Assembly: GCA_963813395.1 (NCBI GenBank)
Contig: CAWEYV010000007.1
Coordinates: 235,625 to 299,624, forward strand
Reading direction: 5' to 3'
Length of the DNA stretch: 64,000 bases
Source of the DNA: an uncultured Actinomycetes bacterium
GTDB lineage: Bacteria; Actinomycetota; Actinomycetes; Streptosporangiales; Streptosporangiaceae
Position 1 is the stretch's first letter, and each line of letters starts with the position of its first letter. Made by a program: the position numbers and the translations under genes. Shown here piece after piece: positions 32,697-43,956 of the stretch. The notes beneath the pieces were generated by a model, which worked only from the letters and a program-made list of their open reading frames with translations, did no database searches and was not told the DNA's origin.

Positions 32697-33295
32697 CGGG
32701 ACACCCCGCCGCGGCGGCCGTTGATGGCGGCCCGACGCTGCCCAGCCACCCGTGGCCCGGCCGGTGGCGGCCCGGCCATCCGTAGCCCGGCCGTCCGTGC
32801 CCCGGCCGTCCGTTGCCCGGCCGTCCCTGGCCCGGCCGCCCGCGCGGTCCGGGCTGGCGCCGCGACGGCCTCCTGAGCGCCTGGCTGGCGCCGCCGGATG
32901 AACCGGTACTGCGCCGCCCAGCGCAGCCCCAGCGCCCGGGCGAGCCCATACGTCAGCGCCGCGCTCCAGGTGAGGGCGCCACGGGAGCCGTCCGCGCTGG
33001 CCACCGCCGCCGGGGTGAGCGCGGTCACGCGGCCGCGCAGTTCGGCCATGCTGGCGGTCACGTCGTCCATGCTGGCCGTGATGGTCTCAGTCATCGCGAT
33101 CTGCTCGCCGACCCGGTCGATGGCGATGCTGGCCCGCTCGATCACCAGGTCCTCGCGCTCGCGGAGGCTGGCCAGGGTGGCGGAACTCTCTGTCATCAGC
33201 CTGGCGGCCTTCAGCATGACGTAGATGGCTACACCTACGCCGACGACAAAGGCTGCCGCGGCGGCCGTGGCCGCCACCCACACCGCGGTCAGCAT
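32693..33295 (-). CDS. DUF948-type membrane-anchored coiled-coil protein with a pentapeptide-repeat tail
   Basis: MLTAVWVAATAAAAAFVVGVGVAIYVMLKAARLMTESSATLASLRERE..., i.e. an N-terminal TM helix followed by a helical region. The tail is encoded by seven 15-bp tandem units at 32741-32845. It holds the conserved position upstream of alaS. Confidence 0.75.
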   Translation of the reverse strand: MLTAVWVAATAAAAAFVVGVGVAIYVMLKAARLMTESSATLASLREREDLVIERASIAIDRVGEQIAMTETITASMDDVTASMAELRGRVTALTPAAVASADGSRGALTWSAALTYGLARALGLRWAAQYRFIRRRQPGAQEAVAAPARTARAAGPGTAGQRTAGARTAGLRMAGPPPAGPRVAGQRRAAINGRRGGVSR

Positions 33296-33338
33296 GCCCG
33301 AATCCCCACCCGCCTGACCCTACCGCCTGTGCACCGGC

Positions 33339-33443
33339 GGCCAGGTCCTGGTGACGAACTCACCAGGAGCTTTTGCCCGTCGGGGGGTTCCGGGCCGTGG
33401 GGTCCGGGGACTTGCTCGAAGGAGCGGAGTGCTCGCCCGGGCC
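33339..33443. repeat. GC-rich ~100-bp dispersed repeat, copy B (partner at 1769..1868)
   Basis: GGCCAGGTCCTG-GTGACGAACTCAC-...-GGGGGGTTCCGGGCCGTGGGGTCCGGGGACTTGCTCGAAGGAGCGGAGTGCTCGCCCGGGCC aligns along its whole length with 1769-1868. Indels are not multiples of 3. Confidence 0.75.
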
Positions 33444-33452
33444 GGCTCAGTG

Positions 33453-34820
33453 TCAGCGTTCGGTGACCTGCCCGTCTCCAGCTGACCTGCCCAGGATCGC
33501 CCTGATCCGCTCGGACCGGTCCGCGTAGCGGGCCTCGGCACCGTGCCGGGTTGGCTCGTAGTACTGACGGCCGGTGATGGCGTCGGGCGCGTACTGCTGG
33601 GCGACGATGCCCTCCTCGGCGTCGTGCGGGTACTCATAACCCTCGCCGTGGCGCAACCGCGCGGCACCCGGGTAGCTGGTGTCGCGGAGGTGGGTGGGCA
33701 CCGGGCCGCCGAGGCCCGCCCGGACGTCCTGCCCGGCCGCGTTGATCGCCTTGATCACGGCGTTGGACTTCGGGGCCAGGGCCAGGTGGATGGTGGCCTG
33801 GGCGAGGTTGATCCTGGCCTCGGGCAGCCCGACGAACTCGACCGCCTGGGCCGCCGCCACCGCCACGCCCAGCGCGGACGGGTCGGCCATCCCGACGTCC
33901 TCGCTCGCGTGGACGATGATCCGCCGGGCGATGAACCGCGGATCCTCGCCCGCCTCGATCATCCTGGCCAGGTAGTGCAGCGCGGCGTCGGCGTCGCTGC
34001 CCCGGATGCTCTTGATGAAGGCGCTGATGACGTCGTAGTGCTGATCCCCGTCGCGGTCGTAGCGGACGGCGGCCCGGTCCACCGCCCGTTCCAGGTCGGC
34101 CAGGCCGATCTCGGCCCCGGCAGCCAGCCCGAGCGCCGCCGACTCCAGGTAGGTGAGCGCCCGCCGGGCATCGCCACCCGCCAGCTTGACCAGGTGGTCT
34201 TCCGCGTCGGCGGTCAGCGTGACCGCGCCCGCGAGCCCGCGCTCGTCGGTGAGCGCCCGCCTGGCCACCGCGCGTATGTCCGCGTCGGTCAGTGGCTCGA
34301 GGGTGAGCAGCAGTGAGCGGGACAGCAACGGCCCCACCACGGAGAAGAACGGGTTCTCCGTGGTTGCCCCGATGAACGACACCCAGCGGTTCTCCACGGC
34401 GGGCAGCAGGGCGTCCTGCTGTGCCTTGTTGAACCGGTGTACCTCGTCGATGAACAGGACGGTCTGGGTCCCGGTCAGCCCCAGGTCGCGGCGGGCCGTC
34501 TCGATGGCGGCCCGCACGTCCTTGACGCCGGCGGTCACCGCCGACAGCTCGGTGAAACGCCGCTTGGTCACCTCGCTCACGACGTGAGCGAGGGTGGTCT
34601 TCCCGGTCCCGGGCGGCCCCCACAGCACCACCGACATCGCGGCATCATGATCAATGAGCTTGCGGAACGGAGCGCCGGGGCCGGTCAGATGCCGCTGCCC
34701 GACCACTTCGTCCAGGGTGCGCGGGCGCATCCGCACGGCAAGGGGCGCGGCAGCGTTCTCCGCTTCCCGCGCTGCCGCGTCGAACAGGCTCTCCACCTGG
34801 CCATCACTCGCTCTGGCCAC
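33453..34820 (-). CDS. rarA: replication-associated recombination protein A (AAA+ ATPase RarA/MgsA)
   Basis: [15 protein letters not shown], Walker [12 protein letters not shown], Walker [20 protein letters not shown], and the C-terminal MgsA domain [36 protein letters not shown]. Confidence 0.95.
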   Translation of the reverse strand: MARASDGQVESLFDAAAREAENAAAPLAVRMRPRTLDEVVGQRHLTGPGAPFRKLIDHDAAMSVVLWGPPGTGKTTLAHVVSEVTKRRFTELSAVTAGVKDVRAAIETARRDLGLTGTQTVLFIDEVHRFNKAQQDALLPAVENRWVSFIGATTENPFFSVVGPLLSRSLLLTLEPLTDADIRAVARRALTDERGLAGAVTLTADAEDHLVKLAGGDARRALTYLESAALGLAAGAEIGLADLERAVDRAAVRYDRDGDQHYDVISAFIKSIRGSDADAALHYLARMIEAGEDPRFIARRIIVHASEDVGMADPSALGVAVAAAQAVEFVGLPEARINLAQATIHLALAPKSNAVIKAINAAGQDVRAGLGGPVPTHLRDTSYPGAARLRHGEGYEYPHDAEEGIVAQQYAPDAITGRQYYEPTRHGAEARYADRSERIRAILGRSAGDGQVTER

Positions 34821-34867
34821 ACCCCGAGGTTATCCGCTACCCAGGACACCCTGGCATCCCAACCGCA

Positions 34868-35100
34868 CCATGATCACTGCCACCCGCCTGCCCCACTGGC
34901 CGTACTCCCATGATCACGTGATTCCGTCCGCACATGCGACGAACAAACTCCCGTGATCATGGACAGCGTCCGACCGGAGCGGATTTCGGACCTGGCGCGC
35001 CATGCCCCACCGGCGCCACTTCCATGATCAACGGGACTTATCCTCACGAACGCACGGTTTCACGCCCGGATTGTCCCTATTCGGGCATGCGGAAACGAGG
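34868..35100. repeat. cluster of four CCATGATCA(C) motifs, including an 11-bp inverted pair (copy H3) and a further hairpin element (H5)
   Basis: Motif positions are 34868-77 (CCATGATCAC), 34908-18 (CCATGATCACG), 34952-62 (CGTGATCATGG, the inverted partner of the previous motif, 33-nt spacer), and 35022-30 (CCATGATCA...). The last ends in GCATGCGGAAACGAGG, which resembles the CATGAAACGAG end of H2. Confidence 0.65.
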
Positions 35101-35180
35101 ATATGTGCCGGTAGCGGCAGCCGACAGGCCGCGAGCGGCGCTCCGGCAGACCGCGGCGCTCCCGGAGGGTACGGGCGGCG

Positions 35181-36947
35181 TCAGGTCTGGCCGGGCCGGA
35201 CGTCGATGCCCGCTTCTTTGCGCTGCTCCGGCGTGATCGGGGTGGGCGCGCCGGTGAGCGGGTCGAGCCCCGATGCCGCTTTGGGGAACGCGATCACGTC
35301 CCGGATGGTGTCCCGGCCGGCGAGCAGCATCAGCGCCCGGTCCCAGCCGAACGCGATCCCCCCATGCGGTGGCGCGCCGAACCGCAGCGCCTCGAGCAGG
35401 AAGCCGAACTGCGACTTCGCCTGCTCCGGGGACAGCCCGATCACGCCGAAGACCTGTTCCTGCATGGCCGGGCGGTTGATACGCAGCGAGCCGCCGCCGA
35501 TCTCCACGCCGTTGAGGACCATGTCGTAAGCGTCCGCGAGCGCCTGGCCGGGCTCGACCGCGAACTTGTCCGCCCATTCGGGCAGCGGCGCGGTGAACGG
35601 GTGGTGCACCGCGGTCCAGCCACTCTCGCTGTCGTCTTCGAACATGGGCGCGTCCACCACCCACAGGAACGACCAGGCGTCCGGGTCGCTGAGCCCGAGC
35701 CGCTGGCCGATCTCGAGGCGTGCCGCGCCGAGCAGGGCACGCGCCTGGGCTGGCGGGCCGGCCGCGAAGAACACGCAGTCGCCCGGGTCCGCACCGACCG
35801 CCCCGGCCAGCCCGGCCCGCTCGGTGTCCGACAGGTGCCGGGCGACCGGCCCGCTGTCCGACACGGCCCCGCCCGGGCCGATCAGCACGTACGCCAGGCC
35901 GCGTGCGCCACGGGACTTGGCCCACTCCTGCCAGCCGTCGAGTTCCCGGCGGGACTGGCTGGCACCGCCCGGCATCACGACCGCACCGACATGCGGCGCC
36001 TGGAACACCCGGAACGAGGTCTGGCTGAAGTAGCCGGTCAGGTCGGCCAGCTCGCAGCCGAACCGCAGGTCCGGCTTGTCCGACCCGAACCTGCGCATCG
36101 CTTCGGCATACGTCATCCGGGGAATGGGGCGGGGGATGTGGTAGCCGGCCAGCTGCGCCCACAGCCGCGCCACCAGGTCCTCGCCGACGGCGATGACGTC
36201 CTCCCGGGTGACGAAGCTCATCTCGATGTCGATCTGGGTGAACTCCGGCTGCCGGTCGGCCCGGAAGTCTTCGTCGCGGAAACAGCGGGCGAGCTGGTAG
36301 TAGCGTTCTATGCCGCCGACCATCAGCAACTGCTTGAACAGCTGCGGAGACTGCGGCAGTGCGTACCAGGAGCCGGGCCGCAGCCGGACTGGCACCACGA
36401 AGTCCCGGGCACCCTCCGGCGTCGACCGGGTCAGGTACGGGGTCTCCACGTAGACGAAACCGTGCTCCCGCATGACCTCACCGGCCAGGTAGGACGCCTG
36501 CGAGCGGAGGCGCAGGGCGTCGGCCGTCTCGGGCCGCCTGATGTCGAGATAGCGGTACCGCAGCCGGACTTCCTCGCTCAGTTCCCCGGCACCTTCGATG
36601 GGGAACGGCAGCGGGTCGGCTTCGGCGAGGACTTCGAGTTCGGTCGCGACGACCTCGACCTGGCCGGTGGCGAGGTCCGGGTTCTCGTTGCCGGCCGGCC
36701 GCTCGCGTACCTCGCCGGTCACCCGGATGCAGAACTCGGCGCGCAGCGCGTGCTCGGGCCGCTCCTCACCCTCGCCGCGGAACACCACCTGCACGACCCC
36801 GCTGGCGTCGCGGAGGTCGATGAAGACCACTCCGCCGTGGTCCCTGCGCCGCGCCACCCAGCCGGCCAGGGTCACCTGCTCCCCGGCCTCGGCCGGGCGC
36901 AGCGTTCCCGCGCCATGGGATCGAATCACGTGATCACCTTTCGTCAC
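35181..36947 (-). CDS. aspS: aspartate--tRNA ligase
   Basis: 588-aa ORF with the anticodon OB-fold region [23 protein letters not shown] and class II motifs [23 protein letters not shown] and GGGSLRI...[18 protein letters not shown] 36947 overlaps the upstream stop (GTGA). Confidence 0.96.
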   Translation of the reverse strand: MTKGDHVIRSHGAGTLRPAEAGEQVTLAGWVARRRDHGGVVFIDLRDASGVVQVVFRGEGEERPEHALRAEFCIRVTGEVRERPAGNENPDLATGQVEVVATELEVLAEADPLPFPIEGAGELSEEVRLRYRYLDIRRPETADALRLRSQASYLAGEVMREHGFVYVETPYLTRSTPEGARDFVVPVRLRPGSWYALPQSPQLFKQLLMVGGIERYYQLARCFRDEDFRADRQPEFTQIDIEMSFVTREDVIAVGEDLVARLWAQLAGYHIPRPIPRMTYAEAMRRFGSDKPDLRFGCELADLTGYFSQTSFRVFQAPHVGAVVMPGGASQSRRELDGWQEWAKSRGARGLAYVLIGPGGAVSDSGPVARHLSDTERAGLAGAVGADPGDCVFFAAGPPAQARALLGAARLEIGQRLGLSDPDAWSFLWVVDAPMFEDDSESGWTAVHHPFTAPLPEWADKFAVEPGQALADAYDMVLNGVEIGGGSLRINRPAMQEQVFGVIGLSPEQAKSQFGFLLEALRFGAPPHGGIAFGWDRALMLLAGRDTIRDVIAFPKAASGLDPLTGAPTPITPEQRKEAGIDVRPGQT

Positions 36948-37669
36948 AGACCTGGCTGCCTGGGCCCGGGAGGCCGGCTGGCCGCCCCAGAACGCTGGGA
37001 TGGCTCCGGCCCCGGGGAAAGCCCGGCCAGGAACGGGTTTGCGGTGCGCTCGGCACCGATCGTGGTTTGCGGCCCATGCCCTGGCAGCACGCTGGTGTCA
37101 TCCGGGAGGGTCAGGCACACCCTGGCCAGGCTGTCCAGGATCGTGGGGTAATCGCCGCCGGGCAAGTCGGTACGGCCGATCGACCCCGCGAACAGCAGGT
37201 CGCCGGAGAACAATACCTGCTCGCCGGGGTCGCGGAAGGTGACCGAGCCCGGCGTGTGCCCGGGCGCGTGATCCACCGTGAGTTCCACCCCGGCCAGCCG
37301 CAGCGTCATCCCGTCGGTCAGTTCCACCACATCGTCGGGCTCGGCAAAGGTCAGGCCCCCGAACAGCTGCTGCCCCACCGCCAGCGGGAAGCCAGCGGCC
37401 GGGTCGGAGAGCAGCGCACGGTCGGCCGGGTGGATATAGGCGGGGATGCCCCGCGCGCCGCAGATCGGCGCCACCGACCAGATGTGATCGATGTGGCCGT
37501 GGGTCGCCAGTACCGCCACCGGCCGCAGCCGGTGCTCGGCGATGAGGTCGGTGACGCCCGGCTCGGCGTCCTGCCCCGGGTCGACGATGAGGCACTCCTC
37601 ACCCGGGCCGGGCGCCACGACATAGCAGTTGGTGGCGAACAGGCCAGCCGGGAACCCGGCGATGAGCAC
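36944..37669 (-). CDS. MBL-fold metallo-hydrolase (glyoxalase II-like)
   Basis: ATHGHIDH (HxHxDH metal motif), [22 protein letters not shown], and [14 protein letters not shown] 37669 lies 7 nt after GGGAGG. Confidence 0.9.
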   Translation of the reverse strand: MLIAGFPAGLFATNCYVVAPGPGEECLIVDPGQDAEPGVTDLIAEHRLRPVAVLATHGHIDHIWSVAPICGARGIPAYIHPADRALLSDPAAGFPLAVGQQLFGGLTFAEPDDVVELTDGMTLRLAGVELTVDHAPGHTPGSVTFRDPGEQVLFSGDLLFAGSIGRTDLPGGDYPTILDSLARVCLTLPDDTSVLPGHGPQTTIGAERTANPFLAGLSPGPEPSQRSGAASRPPGPRQPGL

Positions 37670-37852
37670 GGGTCATCCTCCCTGGGAAAGCGCCGGTAGG
37701 CGGGCGGGCGGGACGTGTCCCAGGCTACCGATCCCCCTGCCCGCGCGACGAACCGATAACAGCGGCGCCGTTTTCTCCCGTGTGCAGGTACGATTCGCGA
37801 AGTTTCGCAGATCAGAAACACCGTCGCCACTAGAAGGAAGGAGGGCGGGAGC

Positions 37853-38692
<840 letters not shown>

Positions 38693-38732
38693 CTCGCCCT
38701 TTACTAGGCCAGGTCTGAGCAGGAGGTTCGCG

Positions 38733-39972
38733 GTGACCAGCGTCAACGATCCGTGGGGCCGGGTGGACGACGACGGCACGGTATACGTGCGCACCGTCGA
38801 GGGAGAGCGGGTAGTCGGGTCCTGGCAGGCGGGCAGCCCCGACGAAGCACTCGCGTTCTTCCGGCGCAAGTACGAGTCGCTGAATACCGAGATCAGCCTC
38901 CTGGAGCAGCGGGTCACCACGACTGACCTGTCACCGGCCCAGGCGCGGGCGGCGATCGAGCGGCTGCAGTCGTCGGTGGCGGATGCGCACGCGATTGGCG
39001 ATCTCGGCTCGCTTGCAGGCCAGGCTGGAGGCGCTGACCGGGAAGGTCGACCAGCGCCAGGAAGAGGTCCGGGCGCAGCGTGATCAGGTACGCGTGGAAG
39101 CCAGGACCATCAAGGAAAGCATCGTGATCGAGGCCGAGCAGATCGCGGCCGAGGCGACGCACTGGAAGAACAGCAGCGAGCGGCTGCGCCAGTTGCTTGA
39201 GGAGTGGAAGGCCGCGCCGCGCGCTGACCGCTCGGTGGAGACCGCGCTGTGGAAACGCCTTTCGGCCGCGCGCAACGCCTTCAACAAGCGCCGCAAGGCA
39301 TACTTCGCCGACCTGACCGAGGAACGCGACGCCGCGAAGGTGCGCAAAGAGGAACTGTGCACCGAGGCGGAGGCGCTCGCCGACTCCACCGACTGGTCGG
39401 CCACGGCTGCCGCGTTCCGTGAGCTGATGCGCTCCTGGAAGGCGGCGGGCCGGGCGGCTCGCGCCGACGAGGACGAGATGTGGGGCCGGTTCAAGACCGC
39501 CCAGGACTCATTTTTCAAGGCCAGGTCGGAGGTGTACTCGGCCAAGGACGCCGCGCTTCGTGAGCACGCCGAGGTCAAGACCCAGCTGCTCGAGGAGGCC
39601 GGCAAGCTCGTGCCGGTGACCGACGTCCGGGCCGCGCGGGCGTCGCTGCGGGGTATCCAGGAGCGCTGGGAGCAGGTGGGACCGGTGCCGCGGGAGGCGC
39701 ACGAGCGGCTGGAGTCGGGGCTGCGCCGGATCGAGGATGCGGTGCGCAAGGCGGAGGACGCACAGTGGCGGCGGTCCAACCCCGAGGCGCTGGCCCGCGC
39801 CCGGGGCACCGTCGAGCAGATCCGCACCGCCATCGCCGGCCTGGAAGACCAGCTGGCCAAGGCCCAGACCGCCGGCAACGACCGGGCGGTCCGGGAGGCG
39901 GAGGAAGCGCTGGCGGCACGCCGCGCCTGGCTCACCGAAGCCGAGCGCACCCTCGCGGAGCTCACCGGCTGA
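38733..39972 (+). pseudogene. DUF349 domain protein, one frame break as assembled
   Basis: GTG 38733 follows AGGAGG and reads VTSVNDPWGRVDDDGTVYVRT...FFRRKYESL...VADAHAIGDLGSL in ORF 38613..39083. The continuation ARLEALTGKVDQRQEE... with repeated DUF349-like units (WKAAPRADRSVETALWKRLSAARNAF; WKAAGRAARADEDEMWGRFKTAQDSFF; WEQVGPVPREAHERLESGLR) is in ORF 38983..39972. The switch is at about 39008-39018. Length is 1240 nt = 3n+1. Confidence 0.85.
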
Positions 39973-40021
39973 CCAGTTCGGCGTGGTTCCCCGGTGGACG
40001 GTCACCTACGGGCGAACCCGC

Positions 40022-40435
40022 CTAGGTCGAGGCTCGGTCGATGCCCCTGTGGATCCGGGCCGAGCGGTCGATCAGCTCGCGAAGGGCATCGTCATCGACA
40101 TCATCGAGGTGCTTGATGTACAGGCAGCCCTTTCCGGTCTTGTGCGGGCCGAGCCGCGCCAGTACCGACTGGTGCCGCTTCCTGAACTCGCCGACCAGAT
40201 AGATGACCAGGTGCTGGCTGCGGGGTGAGAAGCCAGCCAGCGGCGCGTCGCCCTCGCGGCCGCTGGCGTAGCGGTAGTGGTACGTGCCGAAACCGATGAT
40301 GCTGGTTCCCCACATCGCCGGCGTGTCACCGGTGATCTCCCGCATCAGGGCACACAACCGGTGCGCATCCGCGCGGCGCTGCTCATCAGGCAGACCGTCC
40401 AGAAACCCCGCCACCGATGCACCGGTTTGGCGCAT
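40022..40435 (-). CDS. DUF1801 (YdhG-like) domain protein
   Basis: 137-aa ORF: VAGFLDGLPDEQRRADAHRLCALMREITGDTPAMWGTSIIGFGTYHYRYASGREGDAPLAGFSPRSQHLVIYL. The pattern is typical of DUF1801 proteins. Confidence 0.75.
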   Translation of the reverse strand: MRQTGASVAGFLDGLPDEQRRADAHRLCALMREITGDTPAMWGTSIIGFGTYHYRYASGREGDAPLAGFSPRSQHLVIYLVGEFRKRHQSVLARLGPHKTGKGCLYIKHLDDVDDDALRELIDRSARIHRGIDRAST

Positions 40436-40447
40436 ATCCGGGCCCTT

Positions 40448-42818
40448 CTAGTTGGTCACCCGGTAGACGTCGTAGACGCCGTCGATGGCGCGGACGGCGC
40501 GCAGCACGTGGCCGAGATGCTTGGGGTCCCCCATCTCGAACGTGAACTTGCTGACCGCCACCCGGTCCCTCGTCGTGGTCACGGATGCAGACAGGATGTT
40601 GACGTGCTGGTCGGAGATCGCACGGGTGACGTCCGAGAGCAGGCCGGTCCGGTCCAGCGCCTCCACCTGGATCGCCACCAGGAACAGCGAGTCTTCGGTG
40701 GGCGACCAGTGCACGGCCACCAGCCGCTCCGGCTCGGAGTCCAGCAGATGCCGGAGGTTGGTGCAGTCGGCACGGTGGACCGATACGCCGTGGCCCCTGG
40801 TAACGAACCCGGTGATCTCATCGCCCGGCACCGGGGTGCAGCACCGGGACAGCCGGGCCCACACGTCCGCCGCGCCCTCAACCACGACGCCGGAGTCGCG
40901 CGCGGGGCGCGGCCGCGGCGGCCGGGTCGGCAGCGTGGTCTCGGCCAGGTCCTCCTGGGCCCCCTCGGCGCCGCCCAGGGACTGGACCAGCTTGCTGACC
41001 ACGGACTGGGCGCTGACGTGCCCCTCGCCGACCGCCGCGTACAGGGCGGACAGGTCGGCAAAACGCATCTCCGTGGCGATGGCAAGCAGCGCGTCGCCGG
41101 TCGCCATCCGCTGCAGCGGCAGCCCCTGCTTGCGCATGGCCCGGGCGATTGCGGACTTGCCGTTCTCGGCCGCGGCCTCCCGCCGCTCCTTGGAGAACCA
41201 GTGCCTGATCTTGTTGCGGGCGCGGGCACTCTTCACGAAGCCCAGCCAGTCCCGGCTCGGCCCCGCGTCCGGCGCCTTGGAGGTGAAGATCTCCACAGTG
41301 TCGCCGTTGTCGAGGGCGCTCTCCAGCGCGACCAGGCGCCCGTTGACCCTGGCACCGATGCAGCGGTGGCCCACCTCGGTGTGGATCGCGTAGGCGAAGT
41401 CGACCGGGGTCGCGTCCTGCGGCAGCGCGATCACCTGGCCCTTGGGGGTGAAGACGTAGACCTCCGCCGCACCCAGGTCGAACCGCAGCGATTCGAGGAA
41501 CTCGGCCGGGTCCGCGGTCTCCCGCTGCCAGTCGACCAGTTGCCGCAGCCACACCATGTCGCTGGTGCCGGATGCCCCGTTCCGGCCCGCCGGGAACCAG
41601 CGATTCCTCCTTGTACTTCCAGTGGGCGGCCACGCCGTACTCCGCCCGCCGGTGCATGCCCCACGTCCTGATCTGCAGCTCGACCGGCTTGCCCTCCGGG
41701 CCGATGACCGTCGTGTGCAGCGACTGGTACATGTTGAACTTGGGCATCGCGATGTAGTCCTTGAACCGCCCGGGAATGGGGTTCCACCGGGCGTGGATCG
41801 TCCCGAGCGCCGCGTAGCAGTCACGCACGGAGTCGACAAGGACGCGGATACCTACCAGGTCATAGATCTCATCGAAGCTGACGTTCCTGGCGATCATCTT
41901 CTGGTACACCGAGTAGTAGTGCTTGGGCCGCCCGGTGACCCGCGGCGCCTTGATCTTGGCCTCGCGCAGGTCGGCGGACACCTCCTCGACGACCTCCTGC
42001 AGGAACAGGTCGCGCCGGGGGGCCCGCTCGGAGACCATCCGCGCGATCTCGTCGTACCGCTTGGGGTACAGCGTGGCGAACGCCAGGTCCTCCAGCTCCC
42101 ACTTGATGGTGTTCATGCCGAGCCGGTGCGCGAGCGGGGCGAAGATCTCCAGCGTCTCGCGTGCCTTCCGCTCCTGCTTCTCCCGCGGCAGGTAGCGCAG
42201 CGTGCGCATGTTGTGCAAGCGGTCGGCGAGCTTGATCACCAGCACCCGGATGTCGCGGGACATCGCGACCACCATCTTGCGCACGGTTTCCGCCTCGGCG
42301 GACTCGCCGTACTTGACCCGGTCCAGCTTGGTAACCCCGTCGACCAGCGCCGCCACGTCGTCACCGAAGCTGCGGCGCAGCTCGTCCAGCGTGTAGGCGG
42401 TGTCTTCCAGGGTGTCATGCAGCAGCGCGGCGCAGATGGTCTCGGTGTTCATGCCGAGTTCGGCCAGGATCGTGGCCACCGCGAGCGGATGGGTGATGTA
42501 GGGGTCGCCGCTCTTGCGCTTCTGGTCGGCGTGCCACTGGGCGGCCACCTCGTAGGCGCGGTCGATGAGCCTGATGTCCGCTTTGGGATGAGTTCCGCGA
42601 ACCGTCTTGATCAAAGGCTCAAGCACCGGGTTCACCCCTCCTCCGCGGGGTGCGCCGAGGCGGGCCAGCCGGCGGCGGACCCCCGCTCCTCCTGCGCTGA
42701 TGCCGGTGGCAGGCCCGGAGGGGGTGGGCTCTGTGGGGGCGGGGGCAGGCGTGGGCTCTGCGGCCGGAAGCGGGCGCTGCGGAGGCGGCTGCCGCGGCGG
42801 CCGTGCGGGACGCAGCAC
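40448..42818 (-). pseudogene. relA: bifunctional (p)ppGpp synthetase/hydrolase RelA/SpoT homologue, one frame break as assembled (a second is possible at the 5' end)
   Basis: The HD and synthetase domains are in ORF 40878..42818 ([69 protein letters not shown]). The TGS/ACT part is in ORF 40448..41839 ([14 protein letters not shown]...[14 protein letters not shown]...GARVNGRLV...[17 protein letters not shown]). The switch is at 41580-41605. Length is 2371 nt = 3n+1. An SD-preceded GTG at 42975 may be the true start. Confidence 0.92.
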
Positions 42819-43129
42819 GGCGCGGCGCGGCCGCGTCGCGCGTCACCTCGCCGTCCTCCCCAGGGACGGCAAGAGGTTCTTCCTGCCCTTCGCTGGCCGG
42901 AAGATCCTCCTGCCCGGGGACGGACCGGGTGACGTCGGCGGCGGCTATGCCAGTCGTTGCCACGTCACCAGCCACATGCTCTCCTGTCGTCCGCCCAGGC
43001 CTCTATTCTATCGGCGCTCGTCACAGCGGCATGCGAGGTTAAGCGCACCGGGTGGCGCGGACATTCCCCGGCCCGGAGCGGCCGGCCGGAGGACGCCGGC
43101 CGCGTGCGGGATCAGCGGCAGGAGGGGTT

Positions 43130-43651
43130 TCACACGGCGAGAAGCGCGCGGACGGCCTCGCCGCCGAGCTTGGCCCGGCCGCCGAGGAACGTCAGTTCCA
43201 GGATCACGGCCACGCCGACGATCTCGGCCCCGGCCCGCCGGACCAGGGCCACCGTCGCTTCCGCCGTCCCCCCGGTGGCCAGCACGTCATCCACGATGAG
43301 CACCCGTTCCCCCGGGCGGAACGCGTCCTGGTGCACCTCGATCGTGGCGGTCCCGTATTCGAGCTGGTAGCTCTGGGCGTAGGTGGGCCCGGGCAGCCTG
43401 CCCTGCTTGCGGACCGGGACAAAGCCCGCGCCCAGCTGGCAGGCGGCCGACGCGGCCAGGATGAAGCCACGGGCCTCGATCCCGGCCACCTTGTCGACCG
43501 GCCCATGCCCGCTGGCGAGCGCGCCGACGACCTCCTGGAGCGCGGCACCGTCGCCGAGCAGCGGGGTGATGTCCTTGAACACGATGCCCGGCTTCGGGTA
43601 ATCGGGCACGTCCCGGACCCTGGCCTTGATCGAGGGCAGCCACCCCGGCAT
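43130..43651 (-). CDS. apt: adenine phosphoribosyltransferase
   Basis: VRDVPDYPKPGIVFKDITPLLGD and the PRPP-binding motif RVLIVDDVLATGGTAEA. Confidence 0.95.
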   Translation of the reverse strand: MPGWLPSIKARVRDVPDYPKPGIVFKDITPLLGDGAALQEVVGALASGHGPVDKVAGIEARGFILAASAACQLGAGFVPVRKQGRLPGPTYAQSYQLEYGTATIEVHQDAFRPGERVLIVDDVLATGGTAEATVALVRRAGAEIVGVAVILELTFLGGRAKLGGEAVRALLAV

Positions 43652-43956
43652 CCGGGGTGACCTGGCCAGCGCCGGCGGCCACCTCCTCGCCGGGCATGCC
43701 GCTACCGCCGCCGCTTCTTGGCGCTGGGCCGGCGCTTGGCCGCGCTGGTGCGCCGCGGCTGCTGGCGCGGTCCGGACCGGGCCGCGCTACGGGCGGCGGG
43801 CTGGCCAGCGCCCGCCCCGACCGGCTCCCCGGTCCCCTGGGTACCGCCGCCGCGGCCTCCTGGGGCTCTTCGGCCCCGGTGTCCGCCTCGGCAACGGCGT
43901 CAGTGTCGGTGTCGGTGTCGTCCGGCTCGGTATCACCGTTGCCGGTCACCGCCAGG

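Noticed and set aside
32741-32845. Regular 15-bp tandem repeats that could superficially resemble a CRISPR-like or minisatellite array.
   Set aside because: There are no spacers, the period is only 15 bp (5 codons), and the array lies inside a coding region as a pentapeptide repeat. It is not a CRISPR array.
37670-37852. Overlapping palindromes TTCGCGAA / GCGAAGTTTCGC in the divergent MBL-hydrolase / cyclophilin spacer, as an operator.
   Set aside because: They are short (8-12 bp), occur once, and have no partner site or associated regulator gene. That is too weak to call.
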